Assembly (NCBI GenBank): GCA_036846385.1
Contig: DAIUCB010000001.1
Location: 1-47,969, forward strand
Length of the DNA: 47,969 nucleotides
Direction: 5' to 3'
DNA from: Bacillota bacterium
GTDB taxonomy: Bacteria; Bacillota; Clostridia; Tissierellales; Sedimentibacteraceae
Under the pieces are notes generated by a model, which searched no databases, was not told where the DNA came from, and worked only from the letters and a program-made list of their open reading frames with translations. Below, piece by piece: positions 28,078 to 39,238 of this stretch. The translations under genes and the position numbers were made by a program. The number at the start of each line of letters is the position of its first letter. Position 1 is the first letter of the stretch.

Positions 28078-30046
28078 AATGAATAAAATCAGCATTATAG
28101 GTCTTGATTCAACCAAACAAAGACTTATAAAAGAGCTTATGGACTTGGGAGTAGTTGAAATAAGCTCTCAGGATTCAAAGCTGACGGATTCGGAATGGAT
28201 GTCTTATATTGAAAGAGATGGTAATGAAAACGAGGTTTTAAAAATTGAATCAGAAATTTCTAAAGTTCATCAAGTTCTTCAAAGTCTCGATAAATATGAC
28301 AGAAACAAGAAGCCGATGTTTAATTTAAGAAAAGTGGTTTCAGACAAGGATTTTGAAAAGGCTATATTTAATAAGGATAAAATAGAGGAAAATGTCAATT
28401 CTATCCTTATGCTGGGTAATCAGATTAATGAGCTTAATACCGAAGAAAACAAGACTGTTTCATATATTATGAGCTTAAGACCTTGGGTGAATTATAAATT
28501 ACCCTTTGAATTAAATGAGACAAGGTTTACAAGTATCTTCTTAGGAGTTGTTCCCGGTATTGTTTCTGTTGAAAAGCTTATAGCAGATATAGAAACCCTC
28601 ACTGGCAGATGTTATATTGATTTGATAGGAAGTGATAAGGATCAGTATTATTTGTCAATAATATGCTTGAAAAATGAGAAGGAAGAAGTATTTGATATAT
28701 TGAAGCAATATAGTTTTAACTCAGTTAGTTTTAAAGATATCGAAGGAACTGCTGCTGAAAATATTGCTGAATATGAAAAAAGGATTTCCGGTATCAATAA
28801 GGAAAGGGAAGAATTAGAATCTCAAATATCAAGCTTTGTAAATTATAAATTTGATATTCAATTATTATATGATTATATGATTATTGAAAAAGACAAATCA
28901 AAAATTTTATGCAACATGCTTAAAACCGACAAAACGTTTTATGCAAGTGGTTGGATACCGGCAAAAAGCAAGGAAAGCATTGAAGCTGTGTTAAAGCAAA
29001 ATGAATGCTGGTATGAAATTAATGAGCCGGAGGAGGATGAGCAGTATCCGATATTATTAAGCAACAATTCTCTTATTAAGCCATTGGAAATGGTAACTGA
29101 ATTGTACAGTCTTCCGTCATCCTCTAATGTAGATCCGACTTCATCAATGTGGTTTTTCTTTTTTGCATTTTTTGGTCTTATGCTGGGAGATGCAGGTTAT
29201 GGGCTTATAATGATTATAATCGGTGCCGTTATATTAAAAAAATATAAGGTTGAAGGCTCAATTCTCAAAGCGGTAAAGCTTTTATTGTTTGCAGGTATTT
29301 CAACTGCATTTTGGGGAGTGATGTTTGGAAGCTGGTTTGGGGATTCTGTAGCTGCCGGAGCGAAGGTTATGTTTAATGTTGATTTCCTGATAAAGCCATT
29401 ATGGTTAAATCCCTTAGAGGAACCTTTAACATTACTTATTTTCTCATTTGCTTTCGGTGCAATACATTTATTTGTAGGATTAGGTGTTAAGGCATATATG
29501 TTAATCAGGGACGGTCATCCTTGGGATGCACTGTTTGATGTTGGCTTTTGGTATGCATTTATTTTGGGTCCCACTCTTTTATTATTGGGAGACAGCTTAT
29601 TTCCGGGAGCAGGTAATATAGGCAAATGGCTTACAATTATTGGTGTGGGAGGTCTTATACTCACTCAGGGAAGAGATAAAAAGGGTATTATATCTAAGCT
29701 GATAAGCGGAGTATTAAGCTTATACGGTATAACCGGTTACTTAAGTGATGTTCTTTCTTATTCAAGATTGCTTGCTTTAGGATTAGCAACAGGCGTTGTA
29801 TCATCTGTACTGAGCATCATCGGATCTATGGGCGGAAGCAGTATTGTAGGTAAAATTTTATTTATAGCTGTGTTTACCTTTGGACATACATTCAATTTTG
29901 CAATAAATGCACTTGGAGCATTTGTGCATTCTGCAAGACTTCAATATGTAGAATTTTTTGGTAAGTTTTATGAAGGCGGAGGAGAAGCTTTTAATCCTCT
30001 AATCAAAAATACTAAATATATTAAAATCATTAAGGAGGAAAATTAA
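28064..30046 (+). CDS. ntpI: V/A-type ATPase subunit I (a)
   Basis: MAIVKM start, DPT, FFGLMLGDAGYG, DVLSYSRLLALGLA, HSARLQYVEFFGKFY. Confidence 0.95.
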   Translation: MAIVKMNKISIIGLDSTKQRLIKELMDLGVVEISSQDSKLTDSEWMSYIERDGNENEVLKIESEISKVHQVLQSLDKYDRNKKPMFNLRKVVSDKDFEKAIFNKDKIEENVNSILMLGNQINELNTEENKTVSYIMSLRPWVNYKLPFELNETRFTSIFLGVVPGIVSVEKLIADIETLTGRCYIDLIGSDKDQYYLSIICLKNEKEEVFDILKQYSFNSVSFKDIEGTAAENIAEYEKRISGINKEREELESQISSFVNYKFDIQLLYDYMIIEKDKSKILCNMLKTDKTFYASGWIPAKSKESIEAVLKQNECWYEINEPEEDEQYPILLSNNSLIKPLEMVTELYSLPSSSNVDPTSSMWFFFFAFFGLMLGDAGYGLIMIIIGAVILKKYKVEGSILKAVKLLLFAGISTAFWGVMFGSWFGDSVAAGAKVMFNVDFLIKPLWLNPLEEPLTLLIFSFAFGAIHLFVGLGVKAYMLIRDGHPWDALFDVGFWYAFILGPTLLLLGDSLFPGAGNIGKWLTIIGVGGLILTQGRDKKGIISKLISGVLSLYGITGYLSDVLSYSRLLALGLATGVVSSVLSIIGSMGGSSIVGKILFIAVFTFGHTFNFAINALGAFVHSARLQYVEFFGKFYEGGGEAFNPLIKNTKYIKIIKEEN

Positions 30047-30526
<480 letters not shown>

Positions 30527-30572
30527 TAAATTACATTTATAAAACCAAAAATATATTAAAGGATGTGAAGCA

Positions 30573-31154
30573 ATGAGCATTGAAAATATTACTGAGAAAA
30601 TTTTAGACGAAGCTAATAATATTGCAGAGTCTTCTCTATATAATGCAAATAGCCGCAGCTTAGAAATTATTAATGAAGCTAAAGCTCAAGGCGCGACTAT
30701 TATAGCTGAAGCTTCTAATCAGTCTGATATTGAAGCTGATACCTTAAAAAAAAGAAAGGTATCGGCCGGAGAGCTACAAGCAAGAAAAATGTTATTAAAT
30801 TCTAAACAGGAAGCTATTAAAAAAAGCTTTGAAGCTGCATTAGAAAAGCTTAAATCAATGCCTGAGGATAAATATATAAGTTTTCTAGCAAATGAAATCA
30901 AAAGAATTCCTAATTATAACGGTGAAATCCTTTTAAATGAAAGAGATAAGAATTTAATAGGTGAAAAGCTTATTAAAGCAGTTAATGAAAAAGCTACGGG
31001 AAATAAATTAGTATTAAGCAGCAAAACGATTAAAGCAAGCGGAGGATTTGTTTTAATTAACGGAGACATTGAGATTAACAGTACCTTTGAAACAATGCTT
31101 AGCTCCGTTATGGATGAACTAACCTCTGAAGTTGCAAATGCACTTTTTAAATAA
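30573..31154 (+). CDS. ntpE: V/A-type ATPase subunit E
   Basis: Coiled-coil N-terminus, GGFVL..GDIEINSTFE; operon position. Confidence 0.9.
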   Translation: MSIENITEKILDEANNIAESSLYNANSRSLEIINEAKAQGATIIAEASNQSDIEADTLKKRKVSAGELQARKMLLNSKQEAIKKSFEAALEKLKSMPEDKYISFLANEIKRIPNYNGEILLNERDKNLIGEKLIKAVNEKATGNKLVLSSKTIKASGGFVLINGDIEINSTFETMLSSVMDELTSEVANALFK

Positions 31155-31174
31155 ATTTCCTGCCGAAAGGAGTA

Positions 31175-32188
31175 ATGGCTTTGGCAAAGATAAAAGAAAC
31201 AGATTATTTATTTTCTACCGCTCGCGTGAGAAGCATTGAGAAAAACATGCTTTCGCGTGAGAGAGCAGAAAGAATGATAGATGCAAAAACTAATGAGGAT
31301 GCTATGAGAATTTTATATGACTGCAATTATGGCTATGGCAAAGAACAAATTGCGGCAAAGGATTTTGAAATTCTTTTGACAGAGGAGCATAAAAAAACCT
31401 ATGATTTTATTATGTCTATAGCACCTGAGCTAAATAACTTTAAAATTTTTCTATATATATATGATTATCATAATTTAAAGGTAATTATGAAATCTGAATA
31501 TTTAGGTACAGTTGATGAGGAATCCTTGGTTGATACTGGCTCTATAGCGATAAATACACTAAAATATGCCGTAAAGGAAAGAGATTTTTCCGAGCTTACG
31601 GAAAATATGGGAAAATCATTGAAGGAAATAATAGAACAGTTTCCTAAAAATAAGGATCCCCAGATTATAGATATTATTTTAGATAAATTTTGCTACATGG
31701 AAATACTGGATAAGGCCGAGGAAATCAACAATAAATTTATTATTGATTATGTAAAGCTTCAAATCGATTTAATAAATTTAAAAACTTTTATAAGACTTAG
31801 AAAAATGAATAAATCATGGGATTTATTTTCAAAGGTATTTATTAGCGGCGGAAGAATACCGGAAAAAGTATTTATAAAAAATTATGATGAGGTTTTTGAA
31901 AGCTTTGCCGGACAATTGTTTGTTTACGGCTTCAAAGATTTATTTTTGGAAGGTATAGATGCATTAAATGAAACCGGCAAGTTTACGGTTCTTGAAAAAC
32001 TATTTGATAATAAGCTTATCGAATATGTTAAATCAGCAAAATATATTTCCTATGGCATAGAGCCTCTTGCAGCATATTTAATTGCAAAGGATAATGAAAT
32101 AAAAATTGCGAGAATTATTATGGCAGGTAAGCTTGCAGGAATACCCTCTGAGCTTATCAGAGAGAGGATGAGAGAGACTTATGTATAA
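31175..32188 (+). CDS. ntpC: V/A-type ATPase subunit C
   Basis: [32 protein letters not shown]. Confidence 0.92.
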   Translation: MALAKIKETDYLFSTARVRSIEKNMLSRERAERMIDAKTNEDAMRILYDCNYGYGKEQIAAKDFEILLTEEHKKTYDFIMSIAPELNNFKIFLYIYDYHNLKVIMKSEYLGTVDEESLVDTGSIAINTLKYAVKERDFSELTENMGKSLKEIIEQFPKNKDPQIIDIILDKFCYMEILDKAEEINNKFIIDYVKLQIDLINLKTFIRLRKMNKSWDLFSKVFISGGRIPEKVFIKNYDEVFESFAGQLFVYGFKDLFLEGIDALNETGKFTVLEKLFDNKLIEYVKSAKYISYGIEPLAAYLIAKDNEIKIARIIMAGKLAGIPSELIRERMRETYV

Positions 32189-32501
32189 AATAGGTGTTAT
32201 CGGAGATAAACAAAGTGTTTTAGGCTATAAGGCAGTCGGATTAAATGTTTTTGATTGTTCGACTCCTGAAGAGGCTAAAGGAATATTACGTAAAATTGCA
32301 AAAGAAGATTATGCAATCATTTATGTAACAGAAAAATTGTGCGGTAATATTATGGACGAAATAAACGAATATAATACTGTGCGTTTACCGGCAATAATTC
32401 CTATACCGGGTATGGACGGAGGTCTGGGTATCGGTATTTCTAAAATAAAAAAAGCGGTTGAAAAAGCCGTAGGTGCCGATATATTATTTGATAATAATTA
32501 A
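32181..32501 (+). CDS. V/A-type ATPase subunit F
   Basis: [27 protein letters not shown]. Confidence 0.92.
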   Translation: MYKIGVIGDKQSVLGYKAVGLNVFDCSTPEEAKGILRKIAKEDYAIIYVTEKLCGNIMDEINEYNTVRLPAIIPIPGMDGGLGIGISKIKKAVEKAVGADILFDNN

Positions 32502-32548
32502 AAATTAATTTTGCAGTGATTTTAATAAATGAAAGAGGTGATTTATTA

Positions 32549-34321
32549 ATGAGCCAAGGTAGAATAGTAAAAGTATCAGGTCCTCTTGTAATCGCGGAAG
32601 GTATGAAGGAAGCAGATATGTTTGACGTTGTACGTGTAAGCGATCAGGGCTTGATAGGCGAAATTATAGAGATGCGCGGTGAAATGGCTTCAATTCAGGT
32701 ATATGAGGAAACTTCCGGATTAGCACCGGGTGCTCCTGTAGTAACAACCGGAGCACAGCTGTCGGTTGAACTCGGACCGGGTCTTATAGAAACAATATAT
32801 GACGGGATTCAACGTCCGTTGGAGGAAATCAGGAGAATCTCGGGATCTAATATTACAAGAGGGATTAGCGTGCCGTCTTTGAGCAGAAGTAAAAAATGGG
32901 ATTTTGTTCCGACTGCAAAAGTGGGTGACAAGGTTCAAGCCGGAGATATAATAGGTACCGTACAGGAAACAATAGTAGTTCAGCAAAAAATTATGGTTCC
33001 TTACGGTATAAGCGGAACGATAGAGGAAATCAAATCAGGCAGCTTTACGGTAGAAGAAGTAATATGTGTTGTAAAGAAGGATAACGGAGAAAAATCCAAT
33101 TTGACTTTAATGCAGAAGTGGCCTGTAAGAAAAGGGCGCCCATATAAAGAAAAATTAGTTCCTATTATGCCCCTCGTTACAGGTCAGAGAGTTGTGGATA
33201 CATTATTTCCGATAGCCAAAGGAGGAGTTGCGGCAGTACCCGGACCCTTCGGAAGCGGAAAAACAGTCGTGCAGCATCAGCTTGCAAAGTGGGCAGATGC
33301 AGATATAGTTGTTTATATAGGCTGCGGTGAACGTGGAAATGAAATGACTGACGTATTGATGGAGTTTCCTGAATTAAAGGATCCCCGTACAGGAGAATCC
33401 CTTATGAAGCGTACAGTATTAATTGCAAATACCTCGGATATGCCTGTTGCTGCCCGTGAAGCCTCTATATATACAGGAATAACAATTGCAGAATACTTCA
33501 GGGATATGGGCTATTCAGTAGCACTTATGGCGGATTCAACATCTCGTTGGGCAGAGGCACTTCGTGAAATGTCGGGACGTCTGGAGGAAATGCCGGGTGA
33601 AGAGGGCTATCCTGCATATTTGTCATCACGTCTTGCTCAGTTTTATGAAAGAGCGGGAAGAGTAATAAGCTTAGGAACTGACGGCAGAGAGGGAACACTT
33701 TCAGCAATAGGTGCTGTTTCTCCTCCGGGAGGAGATATTTCAGAACCGGTTTCGCAGGCTACGCTGCGTATAGTTAAGGTATTCTGGGCTCTTGATGCAC
33801 AGCTTGCATACAGACGTCATTTTCCGGCTATAAACTGGCTGAACAGCTACTCATTATATGTGGATAAATTGAGCAAATGGTATGACGACAATGTAGAAAA
33901 GGATTGGTCAGGCTTAAGACATGAAACTATGAAGCTGCTGCAGGAAGAAGCAGAGCTTAATGAAATAGTGCAGCTTGTAGGAGTTGACTCCTTGTCCTTT
34001 GGAGACAGATTGAAGCTGGAGGCAACCAGATCAATCAGATAAGACTATTTGCATCAAAATGCATTTCATGATGTAGACACATATACTTCTTTAAACAAGC
34101 AATATATGCTGTTAAAGCTTATATTAAAATACTATGATGATGGAGTTAAAGCCCTTCAGGACGGAGCAGACTTTAAATCCTTGTCTGAGCTTCCTGTAAG
34201 AGAAAAAATAGGCAGATTTAAATATATAGAGGAAAAAGAAATATCTGCTTCCTATAATAATATTTATAACCAGATAAATGAAGAAATATCATCACTTGTA
34301 GCAAGCAGGGAGGTTGAGTAA
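32549..34321 (+). pseudogene. ntpA: V/A-type ATPase catalytic subunit A, interrupted by an in-frame TAA at 34040-34042
   Basis: [24 protein letters not shown]. ORFs 32516-34042 and 34049-34321 share a frame and read ATRSIR*DYLHQNAF, where the family has SIREDYLQQNAF. May be a sequencing error rather than a true pseudogene. Confidence 0.85.
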
Positions 34322-34322
34322 A

Positions 34323-35699
34323 ATGATAAGAGAATATAAAACTATTTCTGAAGTAGCAGGACCTTTAATGCTTGTAAAAAATGTTGAAAATGTAGCATTT
34401 GATGAGCTCGGAATGATTGAGCTCCCAAACGGAGAAACAAGAAGCTGCAGAGTGCTTGAAATCAACGGCTCAAATGCCTTAGTTCAGCTGTTTGAAAGCT
34501 CTGCAGGTATCAACCTTGCAGAAAGCAAGGTTAAGTTTCTCGGAAGGGGTATGGAATTGTCCGTATCTTCTGATATGCTTGGCCGTGTATTCGACGGACT
34601 TGGCAGACCAATAGATAACGGTCCGGAAATAATACCTGAAAAAAGGCTGGATATCAGCGGATTACCGATGAATCCTTCAGCACGTGATTATCCGTCTGAA
34701 TTTATTCAGACGGGAGTATCGGCTATTGACGGATTAAATACACTTGTAAGAGGACAAAAATTGCCTATATTTTCAGGCTCAGGGTTGCCTCATGCCGATT
34801 TAGCCGCACAAATAGCAAGGCAGTCAAAGGTTTTGGGTACAGACAGTAACTTTGCCGTTGTATTTGCCGCAATAGGAATTACATATGAAGAAGCAGACTT
34901 TTTCATATCAGACTTCAGACGTACAGGTGCAATAGACAGAACGGTACTTTTTATGAATCTTGCCGATGACCCTGCTATTGAACGTATATCAACTCCCCGT
35001 ATGGCACTTACTGCGGCAGAGTATTTAGCCTTTGACAAGGGTATGCACGTTCTGGTTATATTAACAGATATAACAAACTATGCCGAAGCACTCCGTGAGG
35101 TGTCGGCTGCCCGAAAAGAGGTACCCGGGCGACGAGGATACCCCGGTTATTTATATACTGACCTGGCTACTCTTTATGAAAGAGCTGGAAGAAAAAGAGA
35201 TATAGACGGTTCGATTACGATGATACCTATTTTAACGATGCCTGAGGATGATAAAACCCATCCTATACCTGATTTGACCGGTTATATAACAGAAGGGCAA
35301 ATAATATTATCCCGTGAATTGTACAGAAAGGGAATCAAACCTCCTATCGACGTACTGCCTTCATTATCAAGATTAAAGGATAAGGGTATAGGAAGAGATA
35401 AAACGAGAGAGGACCATGCTGATTTACTGAACCAGTTATTTGCAGCATATGCAAGAGGAAAGGAAAGTAAAGAGCTTATGGCAATACTCGGTGAGGCCGC
35501 ACTTTCAGATACTGATAAATTCTATGCAAAATTTGCAGATGTTTTTGAAAAGGAATATGTTTCGCAAGGCTATGAAACAAACAGAACAATAGAAGAAACA
35601 TTGCAGATAGGGTGGAATCTCCTTACCATACTTCCCCGCAGCGAGCTGAAACGTATTAGAGACGAATATTTAGACAAATATCTTCCTAATAAAGAATAA
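34323..35699 (+). CDS. ntpB: V/A-type ATPase subunit B
   Basis: [45 protein letters not shown] 34323 follows GGAGG. Confidence 0.96.
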   Translation: MIREYKTISEVAGPLMLVKNVENVAFDELGMIELPNGETRSCRVLEINGSNALVQLFESSAGINLAESKVKFLGRGMELSVSSDMLGRVFDGLGRPIDNGPEIIPEKRLDISGLPMNPSARDYPSEFIQTGVSAIDGLNTLVRGQKLPIFSGSGLPHADLAAQIARQSKVLGTDSNFAVVFAAIGITYEEADFFISDFRRTGAIDRTVLFMNLADDPAIERISTPRMALTAAEYLAFDKGMHVLVILTDITNYAEALREVSAARKEVPGRRGYPGYLYTDLATLYERAGRKRDIDGSITMIPILTMPEDDKTHPIPDLTGYITEGQIILSRELYRKGIKPPIDVLPSLSRLKDKGIGRDKTREDHADLLNQLFAAYARGKESKELMAILGEAALSDTDKFYAKFADVFEKEYVSQGYETNRTIEETLQIGWNLLTILPRSELKRIRDEYLDKYLPNKE

Positions 35700-35719
35700 A
35701 TAAGCAAGGAGTGATTAGT

Positions 35720-36409
35720 ATGGCAAGGTTAAATGTAAATCCAACAAGAATGGTATTAACCTCTCTGAAAAAACGTTTAAAGGTGGCTGTAAAGGGTCAT
35801 AAAATGTTAAAGGATAAACGTGATGAGCTTATGAAACGGTTTTTAGAGCTTGCCAGAGAAAATAAGACCGTAAGGGAACAGGTTGAAGCACAGCTTTCAG
35901 ATGTTTATTCAAATTTTATAATAGCCAGTGCCGTTATGTCTTCGGAGGTTTTAAATGAAGCATTAATGTATCCGAAGCAAGGCGTTTCAATAGAAGTAGG
36001 CAAGAAAAATGTTATGAGTGTTGATGTTCCTGTATTTGATTTTACAACCACTACAGATGACACATCAAATATTTATCCCTACGGATTTGCAAATACATCC
36101 GGAGAGCTGGACAGTGCCATAGAAAATCTTTCTGAGATATTTCCTACTATGCTTAAGCTGGCAGCCTTGGAAAAAGAGGTTCAGCTCCTTGCGGCAGAAA
36201 TAGAAAAGACAAGAAGAAGGGTTAATGCACTGGAATATGTTATGATACCTCAATTCCAGGAGACAATCAAATATATACAAATGAAGCTGGATGAAAATGA
36301 AAGAGGAAATCAAACGAGACTTATGAAGGTCAAGGACATGATGGTTCAGGAAGCAATAATGCAAAAAATAGAACAGGATAAAATTGCTATGGAAGAATAT
36401 AAAAAATAG
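35720..36409 (+). CDS. ntpD: V/A-type ATPase subunit D
   Basis: [29 protein letters not shown]. Confidence 0.95.
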   Translation: MARLNVNPTRMVLTSLKKRLKVAVKGHKMLKDKRDELMKRFLELARENKTVREQVEAQLSDVYSNFIIASAVMSSEVLNEALMYPKQGVSIEVGKKNVMSVDVPVFDFTTTTDDTSNIYPYGFANTSGELDSAIENLSEIFPTMLKLAALEKEVQLLAAEIEKTRRRVNALEYVMIPQFQETIKYIQMKLDENERGNQTRLMKVKDMMVQEAIMQKIEQDKIAMEEYKK

Positions 36410-36459
36410 AATAATTATAAAAAAGAAATGCGAAAATGCATTTCTTTTTTATAATTATT
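36410..36459 (+). terminator. Terminator of the V-ATPase operon
   Basis: 22-bp perfect stem AATAATTATAAAAAAGAAATGC / GCATTTCTTTTTTATAATTATT. Confidence 0.8.
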
Positions 36460-36461
36460 TC

Positions 36462-36503
36462 TTGACAAAGTAATAAATATTAATATATACTTTGAGTATC
36501 AAA
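36462..36503 (+). promoter_or_regulatory. SigmaA promoter with FabT-like operator
   Basis: TTGACA-18-TATACT overlapping the palindrome TTTGAGTATCAAA; near-identical to the acpP promoter element. Confidence 0.65.
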
Positions 36504-36539
36504 TTTTTCGTAATAAGAAATATTAGGAGATAAAAATAT

Positions 36540-37586
36540 ATGAATTTCAGAGAATTGAAAATTGGGGACTTAACAGCAAGAATTCCTTTAATTCAAGGAG
36601 GTATGGGCGTCGGTGTTTCACTGTCAAATTTGGCCGCAGCCGTAGCAAATGAAGGCGGAATCGGTATTATTTCGGGAGTGCAAATCGGATTCAGAGAGCC
36701 TGATTTTTCCACAAATCCCGTAGAAGCAAACCTCAGAGCAATCAGAAGCGAAATCAGAAAAGCCAGAGAAAAAAGTAAGGGTATAATAGGAATGAATTTA
36801 ATGGCTGCTATGAATAACTATGAATTGTATGTTAAGGAAGCAGTTAAAGAAAAAATAGATTTGATTATTTCCGGAGCAGGTCTTCCCTTGGCTTTGCCGA
36901 AGCTTGTGAAGGACTCTACTACAAAAATTGCACCTATAGTATCATCTGCAAAGGCTGCAAAAATAATAATAAACAGCTGGCTAAAGCATGATAAGCTGCC
37001 TGATGCGGTAGTTGTGGAAGGACCATTGGCAGGCGGACACTTAGGATTTAAGCAGGAAGAGCTGATTGAAGATAAATGTAAAAGTCTTAAAGAATTGACA
37101 ATAGAGGTAAAGGCTTTGATAAAAACCTATGAGGATGAATACAATGCCAATATTCCTGTTATTTCCGCAGGCGGTATAAGAACCAGAGAAGATATAGAAG
37201 AGCTGCTTTCTGCCGGAGCTGACGGAGTTCAGCTCGCAAGTATATTTGTTCCTACAGTTGAATGTGACGCTCATGATAATTTTAAGCAATCGTATATAAA
37301 TGCGACAGATGATGATGTTCTTATTATAAAAAGTCCTGTAGGTATGCCGGCAAGAGCTGTAAAAACAAATTTCTTAACAACGTCACTCAATGAAGGCTGC
37401 ACTCCTATTAAAAAGTGTTATCAATGTATGCCAAGATGTGACAGGAACAACATACCCTATTGCATTTCTGTAGGATTAATAAATTCTGTACAAGGAAAAG
37501 ACGGATTAATATTTTCCGGAGCAAATTTAGAAGGAATCAATAAAATGACTACAGTTAAGGATGTTATTAATAGTTTATTTGGATAA
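36540..37586 (+). CDS. Nitronate monooxygenase/FabK-superfamily flavoprotein, FabX/UfaA-like with Fe-S motif
   Basis: IQGGMGVGVS, EGPLAGGHLGF, SAGGI, SPVGMPARA, CYQCMPRC...YCI. Confidence 0.82.
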   Translation: MNFRELKIGDLTARIPLIQGGMGVGVSLSNLAAAVANEGGIGIISGVQIGFREPDFSTNPVEANLRAIRSEIRKAREKSKGIIGMNLMAAMNNYELYVKEAVKEKIDLIISGAGLPLALPKLVKDSTTKIAPIVSSAKAAKIIINSWLKHDKLPDAVVVEGPLAGGHLGFKQEELIEDKCKSLKELTIEVKALIKTYEDEYNANIPVISAGGIRTREDIEELLSAGADGVQLASIFVPTVECDAHDNFKQSYINATDDDVLIIKSPVGMPARAVKTNFLTTSLNEGCTPIKKCYQCMPRCDRNNIPYCISVGLINSVQGKDGLIFSGANLEGINKMTTVKDVINSLFG

Positions 37587-37713
37587 TATCAATACGATTT
37601 TATCTGACCTCTTATAAAATATTTAATCTGAACATTTACGAGGTATCAGAATTGGATATAATTAGATTGTAATAATTATTATACTACAATCTTTATTATC
37701 TGGGAGGATAGAT

Positions 37714-38289
37714 ATGGATACAAAAAAAAGAAAATTTTCAATTAATCAGTTAACCGTAATAGGCTTGATGTCTGCCATGGTTTTTGTAGCGACAAATTTT
37801 AGGATAGAAATACCTACACCCTTAGGAAAAACCATGCTTCATCTGGGAAATGTAATGTGCTTGCTTTCCGGACTCATGTTCGGCGGTGTAATGGGAGGGC
37901 TGTCCGCAGGCTTCGGATCTGCTATATTTGATTTATTTAATCCTGACTTTGCACCTGAATTTTGGATTACTTTTATTTTAAAGTTTGCAATGGGATTTAT
38001 TGCAGGAAGTATTTCGCATATGAATAATTATAAAGGTGAGAATAAAGGTGTGAATATTATTGCAGCAATAACAGGTGCGGCTGCATATGTTGCCTTATAT
38101 ATAACAAAGACAATAATTCTTCAATATTTCATATTGGAAAGCAAATGGGAAGCAGTTATTGCAGTAGCCGGGACAAAGTTGATAGTATCCTCGGTGAACG
38201 CTGTAATTGCTGTAATTGCATCGATTACATTAATGCTGAGTATTTATCCGGCATTGAAAAAAGCAGGTATATTCAATAAGCTTAATTAA
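37714..38289 (+). CDS. ECF transporter S-component (substrate unknown)
   Basis: GLMSAMVFVAT, HLGNVMCLLSG..FG, GSAIFD; about 6 TM; GGGAGG RBS. Confidence 0.82.
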   Translation: MDTKKRKFSINQLTVIGLMSAMVFVATNFRIEIPTPLGKTMLHLGNVMCLLSGLMFGGVMGGLSAGFGSAIFDLFNPDFAPEFWITFILKFAMGFIAGSISHMNNYKGENKGVNIIAAITGAAAYVALYITKTIILQYFILESKWEAVIAVAGTKLIVSSVNAVIAVIASITLMLSIYPALKKAGIFNKLN

Positions 38290-38304
38290 AAACAATATGG
38301 CTAT

Positions 38305-38340
38305 AATCCAAACAATGTGAAATCTATGTTTGGATTTTTT
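38305..38340 (+). terminator. Intrinsic terminator
   Basis: AATCCAAACA...TGTTTGGATT followed by a T-run. Confidence 0.7.
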
Positions 38341-38373
38341 AGTAATCAATTTAGAGTTAAGACAATTCATCAA

Positions 38374-38403
38374 TTGACAAGAGCTGTCCGCATACTTTAT
38401 AAT
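38374..38403 (+). promoter_or_regulatory. SigmaA promoter of bioY
   Basis: TTGACA-18bp-TATAAT. Confidence 0.55.
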
Positions 38404-38434
38404 GAGTAATATTTGAAATGTATAGGAGACATAA

Positions 38435-38971
38435 ATGAAGCTGAAAACAAAAAATCTCATTTTATATTCGTTATTTGCTGCTATGACTGCTGTTTTATCA
38501 CAAATATCATTGATACTTCCCTTTACTCCGGTTCCTGTTAATTTAGCAATGCTTTCTGTATTTATGTCAGGAGCTATGGTCGGTTCAAAAGGAGGCGCCG
38601 TCAGTCAAATTGTGTATGTTATTTTAGGTGCAATTGGTATACCTGTTTTTGCTAAATTATCTGCAGGTGTAGGGATAATATTAGGACCGACAGGAGGATA
38701 TATAGTCGGATATATTGCAGCAGCTTATATAACGGGTTATATTATAGAAAAAACCGGCAAAGGCTTCATATCTTATATTTTTGCAATGATTATAGGTCTT
38801 ATTGCCTGCTATTTGCTGGGGACAATATGGTTTATGATTATAACCGGAACTATGATATATAAGGCTCTGACATTGTGTGTTATACCGTTTATTCCGGGAG
38901 ATGTGCTAAAGATTTTAGCAGGCTCGTTTTTAGCATCAAGATTAAACCCCATTATCAATAAAAATAAATAG
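38435..38971 (+). CDS. bioY: Biotin transporter S-component
   Basis: PFTPVP, LGAIGIPVFA, GPTGGYIVG, PFIPGDVLK. Confidence 0.93.
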   Translation: MKLKTKNLILYSLFAAMTAVLSQISLILPFTPVPVNLAMLSVFMSGAMVGSKGGAVSQIVYVILGAIGIPVFAKLSAGVGIILGPTGGYIVGYIAAAYITGYIIEKTGKGFISYIFAMIIGLIACYLLGTIWFMIITGTMIYKALTLCVIPFIPGDVLKILAGSFLASRLNPIINKNK

Positions 38972-39107
38972 TGAATAATTATAGAAAAACTTAATAAATA
39001 TTTTTAATTTTATAATAGATTGTTAAATAAAAATCTTATATATATAAACAAAAATCAGTAAATAAACTGAAAATTATATTGACAATAAACAAATATTATT
39101 ATAATAT

Positions 39108-39186
39108 AAGTTATCACATGACTGGCGGAATTGTGGAGTATACCACGAGGGAGTGTGAATAAATTAAAAGTCGACCGCCTGGGCGA
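39108..39186 (+). ncRNA. ZMP/ZTP (pfl) riboswitch
   Basis: TCACATGACTGGCGGAA-GTGG..CCAC-GGGAGTGTGA...GTCGACCGCCTGGGC; GGCGG/CCGCC pseudoknot; directly upstream of pflB. Confidence 0.9.
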
Positions 39187-39204
39187 AGCTCAGGTGGTTT
39201 TTTT
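39174..39204 (+). terminator. Expression-platform terminator of the ZTP riboswitch
   Basis: ACCGCCTGGGC-GAA-GCTCAGGTGGT followed by a T-run; overlaps the aptamer 3' end. Confidence 0.85.
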
Positions 39205-39238
39205 AATTCCTGGGCAATTATAACTTAGGAGGAAGTTT

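Noticed and set aside
34049..34321. Separate 90-aa gene
   Set aside because: It is the in-frame C-terminal part of NtpA.
38341..38380. BirA operator upstream of bioY
   Set aside because: Only the TTGACA half is clear and it doubles as the -35 box; no convincing palindromic partner at the expected spacing.
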